Positions 29,051 to 43,486 of a stretch of 64,000 nucleotides of DNA are shown here, one piece after another (positions within the stretch are counted from its first letter, which is position 1; each line of letters begins with the position of its first letter). Position numbers and translations under genes: made by a program. The stretch is taken from the NCBI GenBank assembly GCA_000004695.1, contig CM000152.2:896001-960000 (forward strand), read 5' to 3'. The notes under the pieces were generated by a model, which did not search any database, was not told the origin of the DNA, and saw only the letters and a list, made by a program, of their open reading frames with translations. The stretch comes from Dictyostelium discoideum. Taxonomy: Eukaryota.

Positions 29051-30602
29051 GGCACCAACCGCACAGAAAAAATTAAAACAAGAAGTTGAACATATTTTAA
29101 CAGCAGCAACAACAACACCAACAACAACAACAACAAAACCAAAAAAACTAAAAACTGCACCACCAACCACTGTAGCATCATCATCAACAATACCAAAAAC
29201 AACAACAACAAAAAAGCAAGCAATAGAACAACCATCAAAATCAAATTTGAAATCTAGCCAAAATAAGCTTTCAACAACCACAACAACAACAATAACTTCA
29301 AAACCACCATTAAATAAATCATCAATTGATGGTGATACTCGTTCAGAATCAAGTAAAGCATTACAAGGACTAAAACCTAAAGAACAAAAAAAAGATATAA
29401 TGAAAAGCTTAATCAGTTCCAAAAAAGCAAATACTCATGAAGAAAAAGAAGAAGGTGAAAGTGAAGAAGAAGAGGAGGAGGAAGAAGAAGAGGAAGAGGA
29501 AGAGGAAGAAGAAGAAGAAGAAGAACAATTAGAAGATAAACAGAAACAAACAAAAACTCCTATTTCACAAAATAAATCAGCATCATCAAATATTAAACCA
29601 TTATCAAAAACTTCTAAATCAAATCCACCACCACTATCAGCAGCAACAAAAAGCAATCCAGTTGTCAAGAAAATCACATCGACAACAGTAACGAGAACAA
29701 CTAAAAAAGCAGATACTGAAACAAAACAAGAAATTAAAATAACTAAATCATCCACTACCACCAAACAACAAACACAGGAAGAAATTGAACAAGAATTAAA
29801 ACTTGAATCAATTAGAAAAAGAATTGAACAATTTATAAATAAATTTGAAAAAGAAATTAATGATAATGATTTTAAAGATTTAGATGAGGGTAAAAGAAAA
29901 ATTAAGGAATCACTTGATTTCATATCAAAAACTAAATATGAGTTCCAAGGAACTACTTCAAATCCCGGTGATGTGGAATCCACTCCATTGGATAAATGGT
30001 TCAAGAATATTCCATATGAAGATTTTGTAGATTCTTTCAAACTTAAATATTATTCCATTATTACTGAACCAGTTTCAATAACATCAATATTAAATAAACT
30101 AAAGAGTGGTCCAAACTATCAATTGGCAGAGGTTTTAAAAGATTTTAAACAAATGTTAATAAATGTTACACTTTATCATAAAGAACCAAATGAATATTGG
30201 TGGATCTCTCATCAATGTAATATTCAATTCTATAAATCTTTATTAGAAACAGGTTTAATAACACAAGATCAATACCAAATTCAATATCAAACTTCAAATA
30301 ATGAAATAGTAAAGCTTGATAAAACTTTAAACTTAGTTCCAAAATTAGTTGTCGTTGAAAATAATGATGAAGATGATAATAATGATGATGAAGGAAGCAA
30401 AAAAGCAGTTCTTGTTGATGAAGATGAAGATGAATGTTTAAACAATCAAAATAATCCAACAACATATGATAGTGATGGTGATTTTGTAACCAAACAAAGT
30501 GATCAAGAAAGCGATGAAGAAAGCGATGAAGAAAGCGATGAAGAAAGCGATGAAGAGAGAGATCAACTTTCTGAAGAAGAAGATCAAGAAGCAACCAACT
30601 AA
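28371..30602 (+). CDS. FHA-domain plus bromodomain-like protein, 2 exons (28371..28642, 28727..30602)
   Basis: Donor GTATGT at 28643 and acceptor CTGTAG at 28725-26 join in phase 2. FHA-like region ARLHLFNRDGTVKQIVEMRKYKFIIGS..TDILITRPGVYSNHAEIIYDKEVRKFYLNPLVDPSISDTIRINFIPF..ISIGLRAFRIEF. The frame is open from 28727 to 30602, with poly-Q/T and acidic tracts. The bromodomain-like C-terminal region is YYSIITEPVSITSILNKLKSGPNYQLAEVLKDFKQMLINVTLYH. Confidence 0.6.
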
Positions 30603-30624
30603 AAGATAAAATAAATAATTAAAG

Positions 30625-30656
<32 letters not shown>

Positions 30657-30877
30657 AAAACAAAATAAAATATGTTTGATATTAAAATTTATAATCCCCC
30701 TAAGATTTTAATTTAAAATTTAGATTTATTTTATAGTTTGTAATTTTATTTTTGTTTTGTATTTAAATAATTTTTTTTTTTTTTTTCCTTAAAATTTTGT
30801 TGTTGGTATTATAATGGTGTATTTCGATATTCTTTTTTTTTTTTTTTTTTTTTTGTTTTGCAAATGTATATTATTTT

Positions 30878-32461
30878 TTACTTATTTTCTTTTGGTTTTT
30901 CTTCATCTTTTGGAGCTTCATTTACTGAAGTTTCTTGTTGTTCGCTTGATGGCTGTTGTTCGCTTGATTGTTGTTGTTGTTGTTGATCATCTTGAGTTGT
31001 TGGTTGTTTTTCATTTTTATCATCTACTTTAGTATTTTCATCATCTTGTTCAGTATGAGTTGTAATTTCTTGTTGTTCTTTAGTTAATTCATTAATTTTT
31101 TCTTTTACCATTTCTTGACCTTGTTCAGTTGAAAGATCAGATGGTAAATCTTTGACTACTTCATTCAAAACATCTTGTGGAATATGTTCTAAAGTATCTT
31201 CTAGGGCTTCATTTGTGGTGACACCTGGTGAAAGGGTGAAAGCACGAGATAAAATTAAAATGGATGGTGGTAAAGATTTATTTAGGGAAAGATCTAACCA
31301 TTGATCCAATTGACCTTCAATGAATTTTCTATTGTAACCTTCGACTTTGAAACCACGAGTGATGGCAGCATCGACCAATTCCTCCAAAGTCAATGAGCTA
31401 AGACCCTCTTTCTTGATGAGGATATCGTCTTGTTTGATCTTATCCAATTTTTTATAGATTTGAGCTTTAAGATACTCGTTGGAATACCATTTGGAGATGA
31501 AATTGGAACCTGCTAAATATCTATGCATCATCAAGAGTTGTGAACGAGTGATCTTCTCCATGATGATATCATCCTTAAAGTATTGAGACATCTTTAAAAC
31601 CTCATCAGAGGTGACGGTTTGACCACTCTTTACTTTGGTCATGAAATTGAAAAAGTCTTCGGTTTTAGTGTCCTTCTTGGATTCGGAGCTAATCTCATGT
31701 AAGAGATCCTTTAATTGACCACGAACCTTTGAATTACTCTTGGATCTAACGGTGGCACCCTCTAATCTTTCATTCTCCCATGTGTAGGTTGATGGTAAGA
31801 GATTTGGGAATAATTTCAAAATGAATGGTAATGCCAACTCTAAAAATGGTACCAATACAATGATAACAAATGGTACCAATCTCATTACATCTGCAGAGGT
31901 TTGAACCAATAATCTTCTCTCTCTTCTTGTTAATGTATGACCTTTAATAACTCTTTTAATCAATGCAACTGCAATACTAATATTCTTTCCCAATAATTTA
32001 GTACCTAACCAATAATGATCAATACCTTGTTTAATCTTTATTTTCCATCCAACTTTTTCTTGTTCATGTTTTGGTTTAATTGATACAATAATATCATCTT
32101 CTTTAATTTCTTCTGGTGTTTTATTTGTTGTTGTTGTTGTTGTTGTTGTTGTTGAATTATTTTTATTATTATTATTATCAGTTGGTGGGGTTGTTGAAAA
32201 AAATCTTTTTTCAAATGAAGATAGCGCATATTTATTTAATTCAAATTTTTGAATTTTATTTAAAGTTGATTGTGATGATAATGATAAAAATTCATCGTTT
32301 ACAATTTTATTACTATTTATTCTATTATTATTAATATTATTATTATATACTATATTTCTTTTTTGTTGATTAAAAATATATTGAATTGGTGTTGAAATAA
32401 ATGATGGTTTTGTCACTATTCCAATTGAAATTTTATGTTGTAATGATATAATTGAATTCAT
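30878..32461 (-). CDS. LETM1-domain mitochondrial inner-membrane protein (LETM1/Mdm38 homolog)
   Basis: RRERRLLVQTSADVMRLVPFVIIVLVPFLELALPFILKLFPNLLPSTY matches the LETM1 TM/ribosome-binding-domain signature. N-terminal presequence-like region and C-terminal acidic tail. Confidence 0.85.
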   Translation of the reverse strand: MNSIISLQHKISIGIVTKPSFISTPIQYIFNQQKRNIVYNNNINNNRINSNKIVNDEFLSLSSQSTLNKIQKFELNKYALSSFEKRFFSTTPPTDNNNNKNNSTTTTTTTTTNKTPEEIKEDDIIVSIKPKHEQEKVGWKIKIKQGIDHYWLGTKLLGKNISIAVALIKRVIKGHTLTRRERRLLVQTSADVMRLVPFVIIVLVPFLELALPFILKLFPNLLPSTYTWENERLEGATVRSKSNSKVRGQLKDLLHEISSESKKDTKTEDFFNFMTKVKSGQTVTSDEVLKMSQYFKDDIIMEKITRSQLLMMHRYLAGSNFISKWYSNEYLKAQIYKKLDKIKQDDILIKKEGLSSLTLEELVDAAITRGFKVEGYNRKFIEGQLDQWLDLSLNKSLPPSILILSRAFTLSPGVTTNEALEDTLEHIPQDVLNEVVKDLPSDLSTEQGQEMVKEKINELTKEQQEITTHTEQDDENTKVDDKNEKQPTTQDDQQQQQQSSEQQPSSEQQETSVNEAPKDEEKPKENK

Positions 32462-32565
32462 TTTTTTCTTTTTTTTTTTTTTTTTTTAATATATGTTTAA
32501 ATGATTTTTCTTTTTTTTTTTTTTAAAAAAAAAAATGATGTTCAATGAAAAATTTTATAAGTTTA

Positions 32566-32610
<45 letters not shown>

Positions 32611-33408
32611 TATATTTTAAATTTAGTTTTTAGATTTTTATTTATTTTAAATTTATTTGTTTTTTAAATTTATTTTATTTTATTTATTTATTATTTATTG
32701 ATAATTTTCTTTATCTGTTTCATATGTCGTTTTCAATTTCGACTGAATTGCAAAAAAAAAAAAAAAAAAAAAAAAAAATTAAAAATTAAAAAAAAAAAAA
32801 AAAAATATTTCAATTTTTTGAAAAAAAAAAAGTGAAAAATTAATAAAAAAAAAACAAATTATTCCATCATTATGGCAAAATTTTGCACTATGTTTAATTT
32901 TTTTAATTTTATTTTCTTATAAAAAAAAAACAAATAATGACTTGATCATTACCTATTCTTGGATCAATTTTATTTTATTCTATTTTATTTTAATTTATTT
33001 TAATTTATTTTAATTTATTTTAATTTGTTTTAATTTATTTTAATTTATTTTTATTTTATTTTTATATATTAGGAATCATATCTATTTTATTTAATTTTTT
33101 TTTTTTTTTAAACTTGGGATTTATACCTTTAAAATAAAATAAAAAAAAAAAAAAATATATTTTTAAAATAAAAATTAGTTTTTTTTTAAAAAATATTTTG
33201 ATCAAAGTAAAATAAAAAATTTATTTAGTTTTTTTAATCTTTTCGAAAATGTTATTTTCGGTAACAGATAACAGAAAATTACTTTCATAAAAAATGGGGG
33301 AAGTATAAAAAAAAAAAAAAAAAAATCTTAAAAGAAATCAAAAAAAAAAAAGACAAATATATTTATATCATTACATTTATTTTATTACATTTATTTATGT
33401 TATTAGAT

Positions 33409-35627
33409 TTATTTAATTAAACGATATCCTTTTAAACCATTATAAACTGGTACAACGGATAAATCTTTATAGTATTCCATATCTAATGAAACATATTTTA
33501 TATTTTTACCATTAAATTCATATTGAGCACCTTGTAACTCACTGATTGCTCTACCAACATTTGAAGACATTGTACCAATGAATAGTTCACAACGAGATGC
33601 AATTACAGCTTCAGTATGCATAAGCATACCGTGATCGATTCTGTCTGATTTCGGATCAAAAGCATAATGAGCAATATCTTGATAATTCATTCTATCAACA
33701 CCCTCAACCCAATGTATATTATATTTTTCTTTCATAGTTTTTTTATTCCATTCTAAAGCTTCGTTAATTGAAATTTGGTCATCTGTCATTATGAAAATTT
33801 CTGTAATTTCATCAAACGCTCTATAATTTAATTTATTATAGCCTTCGATTTTTTGTTGTTTTAAAAGAGTTTGTAATATATCTGCATAATATTTAAAAGG
33901 GAAAATATTTGATTCTTTAATTTTATCACCATGTCTAACATGAATTGATATACATCTTGGTTGATAATTTTCCTTAAAAACTCGTCTTGTTGTTTTTCCA
34001 ATAAATTCTCGTAATGAGAATGTTGGTGAAACCATATAATCTAATAGAAATGACCGTGCTTGGTATCCATTAACAAATGTGGAACTTGCTTCAGGTGGGA
34101 TATAATTATTTAAAAGACCCTTATAACCAGTATCCTTTGTGGCATATAATAAATCAATATCAGTTTGATTGTTTTTAATACCTAATATCTCTCTTTTATC
34201 TTTATTTTCAATTTTAATATTATCACAACTAAATTAATAAAATATTATTAGTAAGTAGTGTTGTGGGTTTTTTTATAGATATCTATAATAATAATAATAC
34301 ATACGGTGATAATTGTAGATATAAATCATTTATTAAACCATATTTAAAACCACCTTGATTAGGTATAAACATTCTATTATCAAACATTGTTAATAATAAT
34401 CTATAGGAACTTAGATGATGTGCTGAAAACATACCAGAAGTTTGGTACTCATTTATTAGTGATCGTTGAGTTTGACAATCGAATGATTTTGGGAATTGAA
34501 GTTCTTCTAAATTTTTAATTACATTCACCAATTTTGAATTTGGATTTATTGATGATAATGTAACCAAATGAATAATTCGAGTTTGTCTTTGTATTGGATG
34601 ATTAATTACTCTGTATTGTTTATGATGTGTTAAAAATTCATCTAAACCTAAATGAAATAATTGAAAATTTGAAAATTGTCCAAAGAAATAAACTTTTCCG
34701 AAAATTCTTAGATTTTTATAACTTTTTGATTTAAAATTATCGTATCCGATATAACTGTAAATTGATTTTTCATATTGAATTGGATCATTTGGATGTCGTT
34801 CTGGTAGAATTATGAAAATGATAGAATAATTTGGAACATCTTCAATACTATAAACAATTTGTATATTTTTTTCTATATATCCCATTTCAGTTGCATGGAT
34901 CTTAATAAATTCTTCACTAAAATACATTGACCTATTATTTTTTGGTTCATCAATGTAAATATAAACTTGACTATTTTCATTCATTTGAGTGTAATAATCA
35001 ACCATTGGTCTATAAAATATATCATCCTCATATACAAATCTAATTTTATGGTAATTTGAAACACCTTCCATATAATTTGTTGATATTGGGTTTGATGGAA
35101 CTGTTTTCGTTTGAGTAGTTGTTGGTGTTGATGTTGATGTTGGTGTTGGTGTTGGTGTTGGTGTTGGTGTTGGTGTTGGTGTTGGTGTTGGTGTTGGTGT
35201 TGATGTTGATGTTGGTGTTTGTGTTGGTGTAGGTGTAGGTGTTGATGTTGATGTTGGTGTTGGTGTTGGTATTGGTGTTGATGTTGGTGTTGATGTTGGT
35301 GTTGGTATGGTTTGTAATTCTGTCTCTGTTTCTGTTTTTGTTGATGAGGAACTGAGATGGGTATAAATTTCCCATTTACTGTCAAACTTGGAAAATAAAA
35401 ATAATCCTTAAAAAAATTGATTTAGTTTTTTATTTTTTTTATTTTTTTTTTTTTTTTCAAAATTAAAAATAAATATTAATATAAATATTATGAGCTTAAA
35501 ATATATAAGATTAGAAAAATAAATTTGTTGTTAAAAGTAACTATTAAAATTTACCAGAATTCAGGTAAAGTATTATTATTACAAAAAATAAAATATATAA
35601 AGAAAATAATTTCTTTTTAAAAATCAT
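33409..35627 (-). CDS. Type II membrane glycosyltransferase, fucosyltransferase-like (GT23/NodZ-like motifs), 3 exons (35627..35555, 35406..34305, 34228..33409)
   Basis: Exon 1 is MIFKKKLFSLYILFFVIIILYLNS, a short tail plus signal anchor, with donor GTAAAT. Exon 2 begins after TTTTTTAAG in matching phase and encodes a (PT)n stem from a GGTGTT-type hexanucleotide repeat, then MEGVSNYHKIRF through QLSP, ending at donor GTATGT. Exon 3 begins after AATTTAG and carries ISIHVRHGDK, FIMTDD and ELFIGTMSSNVGRAI, which resemble fucosyltransferase motifs I-III. Confidence 0.55.
35119..35306. repeat. Hexanucleotide (GGTGTT / GATGTT)n repeat, coding (PT/ST)n on the minus strand
   Basis: Seen directly in the sequence. 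All three minus-strand frames are open, so the track reports spurious HQHQ and TNTN ORFs; only the PT frame continues into the catalytic domain. Confidence 0.9.
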
Positions 35628-36373
35628 TTTTTCTTTTTTATGGTTATTAAAAATAACAAAATTATTTCAAGTTATTTAAGATAGTTATTTTTTGATTTTT
35701 TTTTGAAAAAAAAAAAAATTGGTAAAAAATAAATTAAAATAATTTTGAAACTTGGATTATCTATTATAAAAATATTTTTTTTTTTTGTTTAAAATGATTT
35801 AAAAAAAAAAAAAAAAATTAAAAAAATAAAAGAAAAAAATGATCAAAAATTGAAAAAAATTTGTTTGGTATGGATAAGATTAAAAAAAATATAAAAAAAA
35901 AAAAAAAAAAAATTTGAAATCGTTTTTTTTTTTTTTAAATCATTTTTTTTAAAAAAATTAAGTTTTAATCTTAATTTTTTTAAAAAAATGATTTTAAAAA
36001 ACTATTTTTATTTTTATAACTAACTTTATAAATTTGTGGAAAAAAAAAAAAAAAAACAGAAAAAGAAAATAAATTCCAATCTTTTTAACAATAAAAATAA
36101 ATCTAAAATCAAAATTTAGATTTTAACTAATGTGTAAATTTTCCAAAGTTTTGACAAATATCAAAATGAAAAAATTACCATAATAGGCATTTTAATAAAA
36201 ATTTTATTTTAATTTTAATTTTCTTTTTCTTTTTTTTTTTTTTTTTTCAATTTTTTTTTTTTTTTTTTTTTTTTTTCACATTTATTTTTTTTTTTTTTTT
36301 TTTTTTTTTTTTATTAATCACATTTGAACATAAATTAATAAATAAATAAATTAAATAAATAAATGATTATAAA

Positions 36374-38337
36374 ATGAATAAAGAGTTTCTTTCAATAATA
36401 TATAATCACCTAAGTTGTTTAAACTTTTCAGTGTTACCAAAGATGGTTAAACAAAAACAAACTTCGATCACTAGTAATAGTAACCCAAGTGATATAGTTT
36501 GGAATAAATTTTTACAATCTTTTAGTAATCTATCAAATTGTGAATTCTCATATTATAAATTTACATATCTTTCAATGAAAACCAATAATCTTCAAGATGT
36601 TTATGTAACAATTTTAAATGAACTTAGAATCATATGTAATTTAAATAAATCTAATACTGGTAATAGTAGTAATACAATAACAAGTCCAACTTTTTTAAAT
36701 AGTAATAATAATAGTGGCCCAACATCACCAACAACAATCACAACAACAACAACAACAACAACAGTTCAAACAACACCAACTTCGACACCAACAAAAAATA
36801 CATCATCATTCACTTTTGCATCATTATTAAAATCACCAACATCATCACAACAACAACAGCAACAACAACAACAGCAACAACCTAAACCACTAACACAACA
36901 ACAAATTGATGATCAAAACTCTGAAAATTCATTCTTTTTAACATTAGTTCAACAAACATGCGTTATACTTCAAGTTAGAGTCGACATGATTGGTATTTAT
37001 CAATCATTATTACAATTGTTAATAAATCAAGATTTAAATATTGAAACAATTGAAAATGCATTGGATTTAATACCGATAATATATAAAGATAAAATAACTC
37101 ATCCATTACTCATTCAAATTAAAACAAATATAAAGTAAGTAATTTATTTATTCATTTATTTATTCATTTATTTTCAAATAATTTAAATAGAGAAATTATT
37201 AATCATTAATAATAAAAATAAAAAAAAGTTATGAAATATCAATATTAAAGAATTTATTAAAAGCACATACTTTTGTATCAAAACATGAATTTAAAGATTC
37301 AATATTATTATTATATAAATCAAAGATAGAATTGGATCAATGGAGAGAAACTGAAAATGGATTACATTCAACAGGTACTACACATAAACATTCATCATCT
37401 TCTTCTTCTTCATCATCAAATCATCATAATGATAGATGGACATCGAATCATATTCATCAATGGTTATCAATGTTTCATAATTCAATATTATCAAAATCAA
37501 CCTTATATTTTTATTTCCCATTATTAAATGTTGAAGAAGAAATTGGTGGTACTTCTTCTTCATTTAAAGAAATTTATCAAAAAAATGCTCCAGATTATAT
37601 TTCAATGTATGTATTTTTTTTTTAATATTACACTATTAATAATTAATTTATTAATTTTTTTTATATTTAGAATTGAAAATTTTTGTTCAAAAAATGGAGT
37701 ATTATTTTTTGGATTAATTTTTGAAGCTAAGAATAGAAATTATAATAAGATTGGATATAGTTTTATAGAACCCGAAAGTGTTGGTGGATTAGGTGCATTT
37801 CCATTACTTTTCTATTATCCATTGGATAAATCACCAATGCAACATTTACCAAATATCATTGGTTTAATAATGCAAAACTATCAATCATTAGAAAGACCAA
37901 ATGATATTTTATATTATTTAGATTGTAGAAAAGTTAAAGATACAGGTTATAGAAATAATGAAAATAGTAGTGGTAGTAGTAGTAGTACAAATGGTGGTAG
38001 TACTAATAGTGGTTTTGGAATTAGTAGTAGCGGTGGAGTTAGTGGTAATAATAGTAATAGTAATAATAATATCAATAGTGGTTATAATAATAATAGTGGT
38101 GTTGTTAGTGGTGGCGGTAGTAGTAGTAGTAGTTTTAAAGTTGTAACAACCTATGATGAATATATAACTTATTTCATTTCAAGAGTTGAACAACAAGGTG
38201 TATTAGTTTCAATTATTTTCAAAGATATAAAAAAACAAAAGGATCAACACATTAATGAATTCTTAAAACTTTTAATTAATTCATTAAGAATGAATGATGT
38301 AATTTCAATACTTAGACAAAGAGATCAATCAAAATAA
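36374..38337 (+). CDS. Hypothetical protein, 3 exons (36374..37134, 37229..37606, 37671..38337)
   Basis: Donor GTAAGT at 37135 pairs with acceptor AAAAAAAG at 37227-28 in phase 2. Donor GTATGT at 37607 pairs with acceptor TATATTTAG at 37669-70 in phase 2. Poly-T/Q/S tracts; C-terminal region FFGLIFEAKNRNYNKIGYSFIEPESVGGLGAFPLLFYYP..ILYYLDCRKVKDTGY. No family recognised. Confidence 0.5.
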
Positions 38338-38440
38338 AATTTCTTTTTTTTTTTAATAGCATATATAATTTATACTTTTTTTAATTTATATCTTTTTTTA
38401 TTATTATTATTTTTTTTTTTTTAAAAAAAGTTTATTTATT

Positions 38441-39515
<1,075 letters not shown>

Positions 39516-40198
39516 TTCTAAAAATTGTATTTATTATAATTTAATTTTTAATAATATTGATTAGAAAAAAAATTATTTTATTTTTTATTTATTTGTTTGT
39601 TTGTTTAAATTGAATGATGAAAAAAAAAAAAAAAAAAAATATTTATATAAAATTTAAAATGATGATTGTATAAGGAAAATAGATAATTTATTTTAAAAGT
39701 TTCGTTGGTTTAAAAAAGCATGCTTTTTTTTATTTTTATATTATTATTAATTTTTTTTATTATTTGCAATTGTGGTATTGTTTATTTAATTATTAAAATT
39801 TAATGTTGCACTTTTATTATTAAATTAAAGGCGGTGAGTCAAACTAATAATTCGATATAATTTTATGGGGGGGTTGCTTGTTTTTTTTTACACGTGTCAT
39901 TTTTTTTTTTTTTAATATTTTTTATTTTTTTATTTTTATTTTTTTATATTAGTCAACAAAATGTAATCATGATTTCCTAAAATAAATAAACTGATGTTTT
40001 AGGGGGCAGTAATTACTTTTTTTATTTTTTTATTTTTTTGTTTTTTTTTTTCTTAATTTAATTTCTGAAATATTATGAAATTAAAAAAATTCTAAAAAAA
40101 GTTTTTTTTTTTGTTTTTTTCAAATTTTTAATTTTTTTATTTTTTTATTTTTAAAAAAAAAAAAAAAAAAAAAAAAAGTAAAAACTAAAACTAAAATA

Positions 40199-41639
40199 AT
40201 GAGCGATCCCTCAAATAATAAAAATGATAGTAATATAGACCTTTATAAAAATATAAATCCCAAAAATTTTGAAAATATAGAAATACCCAATAGAGAACAA
40301 TTCCAAAATTTTCAGCAACATAATAATTATTTTCAACAACAACAACAACCTTCATCACATAATAGTTATCAACCCCATCGACAACAATTTAATCCATATG
40401 GTAATAGGGATACAAGTTACAATCCATACAAAAAAGATAGAGATAACTATAATAATAATAGTGGTGGTGGTGGTAGTAGTATTCGTCAACAACAACAGTT
40501 ACATTTTATAAAGAAACAAAATGAAATTGTATCATCTCACTATGATAATAAACAAAATACACCAATTCATATAAGAGCACAAAGTAAAATCATATCATTA
40601 AAGAATATAAATAATTGGGTTAAATCAATGTTAATTCAAGAATACTCTAAACCAAATACAATAGTTTTCGATATTTGTGGTGGCAAGTTAGGTGATTTAC
40701 AAAAATGGATAAAAGCACAAATTAAATCATTGATTGTATCAGATATTTCTTTAGAATCTTTAAAACATGGTCTTGAGAGATACAATCAAAAATTAAATTA
40801 TATTCATTTCAATATAACAATGATTGCAGTTGATTGCTTTTCTTCAAAATTATTAGATGTTTTTCCAAAGCAACCCTCATCGAATAAATTAAAAAATAAA
40901 AAAAAGAAAATAAATAATAATAATAATGAGGAGGATAATTCAAGTGAATCTGAAAATGAACAAGAAGATGAAGATGATGATGATGATTATGAAAATGAGG
41001 AATTATTAAAAGTTAATTTAGTTAGTTGTCAATTCGCTTTACATTATTCATTTAGAACTGAAGAAAGTGCAAGATCTCTCTTAAAAAATGTTTCTTCTGT
41101 TTTAGAAGATGGTGGTCATTTCATTGGTACAATACCAAATTCTTGTTTAATTGTGTAAGTTTAATTTTAATTTTTTTTTTTTTTTACTTTTTTTATTTAA
41201 AACCTTTTACCTTTTAGTAGGGGGGTATAGTATACTAATATATATATTTTTTTTTAAAAAAAAAGGAAAAAATTAAGAGAATCAAAAAGTAATAAATTTG
41301 GGAATGAAGTTTTTAAAATTGAATTTAAAGAAAAAGAACCAAATTTTAGTGCATTTGGATGTGCATATAATTTTTTTTTAGAGGATGCAATTGACTTTTT
41401 AGAAGAGTATTTAGTTCACATTGATGTTTTAATTGAATTGGCAAGAGATTATCAATTAGAAATAGTTTCACATTCAAATTTTCATAATTTAATCTATGAA
41501 AAATCAAAATCAAAACCATCACATGATTTACTTAGAAAAATGAATTGTTTTAATTCAAATAATACAATTTCACAAGCTGAATGGGATGCATTAGGAATTT
41601 ATAAAACTTTTGTTTTTAAGAAAATTGGTAATGGTGAAA

Positions 41640-41681
<42 letters not shown>

Positions 41682-41743
41682 GTAATAATAATGATTACAA
41701 AGCAAAAAGTTTATCAAATGATGATATAATTGTAAATTTATAA
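40199..41743 (+). CDS. mRNA cap guanine-N7 methyltransferase (RNMT/Abd1 homolog), 2 exons (40199..41154, 41266..41743)
   Basis: SAM-binding motif VFDICGGKLGDLQKW. Also VSCQFALHYSFRTEESARSLLKNVSSVLEDGGHFIGTIPNS. Donor GTAAGT at 41155 and acceptor AAAAAG at 41264-65 join in phase 2. Then KKLRESKSNKFGNEVFKIEF..FGCAYNFFLEDAIDFLEEYLVH, which aligns to the human RNMT C-terminal half. Confidence 0.85.
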
Positions 41744-41795
41744 AATAAAAAAAATAAAATTAAATATAATGTTTATAAAATTATAAAATTTTAAA

Positions 41796-41808
<13 letters not shown>

Positions 41809-41886
<78 letters not shown>
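41809..41886. repeat. (ATT)26 microsatellite in the 139-bp convergent intergenic gap between the RNMT and TANGO6-like 3' ends
   Basis: Seen directly. Confidence 0.9.
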
Positions 41887-41887
<1 letters not shown>

Positions 41888-43431
41888 AAATTTTTCTAAA
41901 ATCTTTATTTTCATTTTGAATACTATCGGAATGATTTGGAAAAATAAAAGTTTTTGTAATTTTTTCTAAATCATAAAGTGTAGAACGAGCATGATATTTA
42001 CAAACTTCATCTTGATCATAGAATTCAACATTTTTCAAAGTGTTATAGATTGATTTCAATTCATCAGGAATAACTTGGAAAGAGGACATACCCAAACCTT
42101 GAAGTAATTGTTGAAATATAAAGATGGCACCTCTTCTAACTTCGATTTCAGGATCAGATTTTAGAATTGAATTTGTACAAAGTAAAATTTCAACTAAATA
42201 ACTATCGATTGAATAATGCATCATTTCACAAAGTGTTGCTAAATTTGAAAGACTGCTAGTTCTAACACCAACTGAATCATCTCTACAACCCAATAGAAAG
42301 GTGGGAACTAATTGAGTGGCATAGTTTGGCAACATTTCACCACAACGTTGAGAGATTTGAATTAAAGCTTCACCCAATTTCATTCTCTTTGATTCTTGAA
42401 ATGATTTATTTAAAAATGATTCAATCAATATTGGTAATATTCTATTTGGATAAATATCACCTAACGCCGATAAACCATTAATTGAACAACCATAAATAAA
42501 TGTATCATCATCATTAACTTGAGTTTTAAAAATTTCTAAAACATTCTTTAAATTTTGTTCAATTAAACCACTCTTTGATAAAACTAATCTTCTTAATTCA
42601 ATTAAAGCATGTGCTCTAATTGGTAATAATGGATGACTTAAATCATTTAAAATCTCTTTTAATTTATTACCTTGTTCATTTGGTGAATTATTATTATCAT
42701 CATTGATATTACTATTATTATTATTATTATCATTAATTAACCAAATTGGTTTCTTTGCAGTTATAATTGTTTTAATTTGAGAAGCCATTGTTGAAATCAT
42801 TTCATTTGAATGATAAGATAATTGTTCAACTAAAGATAAAAGATCGAATATAATGATTTCTTCATCTTTTCTTACTTTAATTTCACCAGTTAATAGGGTT
42901 GTTAAAATGCCTAGGGATAGAGTTAACGATTCAATATCTTCTTCATCCTCTTTACCACTATTAAATTTTGAGATTGATCTTGATAACATAACTTTAATAA
43001 ATGTACAAACTTGAATTACATTCTTTAGAACAGCAACACCTAACCCTTCACTCATGATAATGATGAATTGAATGAGTACATAATATTGGTGACCTCTTTT
43101 CGTGTCTTTTCTTTGTTGAAGTATTGAAAATTCATTTAATAAATCAACGAATAAATCACCAGCTAAACTATCACCTTTCATAATTTCAAATATTGATACT
43201 ATACAATCTGCTTCCCATTTGAAATCTCTATCATTATATGAAATATATTTACCAACAACACCACCATTCTCACCCATACTAAATGATAATGTTAATATTT
43301 CATCTTCATCTATTTCTTTTTTATCTTCATTTTCATCTTGATCTATTATATCTTCTAAATCTAAAAGTGATGATTTAATTGTTGTTTTATTTGATGTTGT
43401 TCTTTATTAATTTTATCTGAATTATTATTAA

Positions 43432-43486
<55 letters not shown>

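Noticed and set aside
34981-35385. HQHQ-repeat and TNTN-repeat ORFs on the minus strand
   Set aside because: Two of the three open frames of the hexanucleotide repeat. Only the PT frame continues into the conserved glycosyltransferase domain and connects to a signal-anchor exon.
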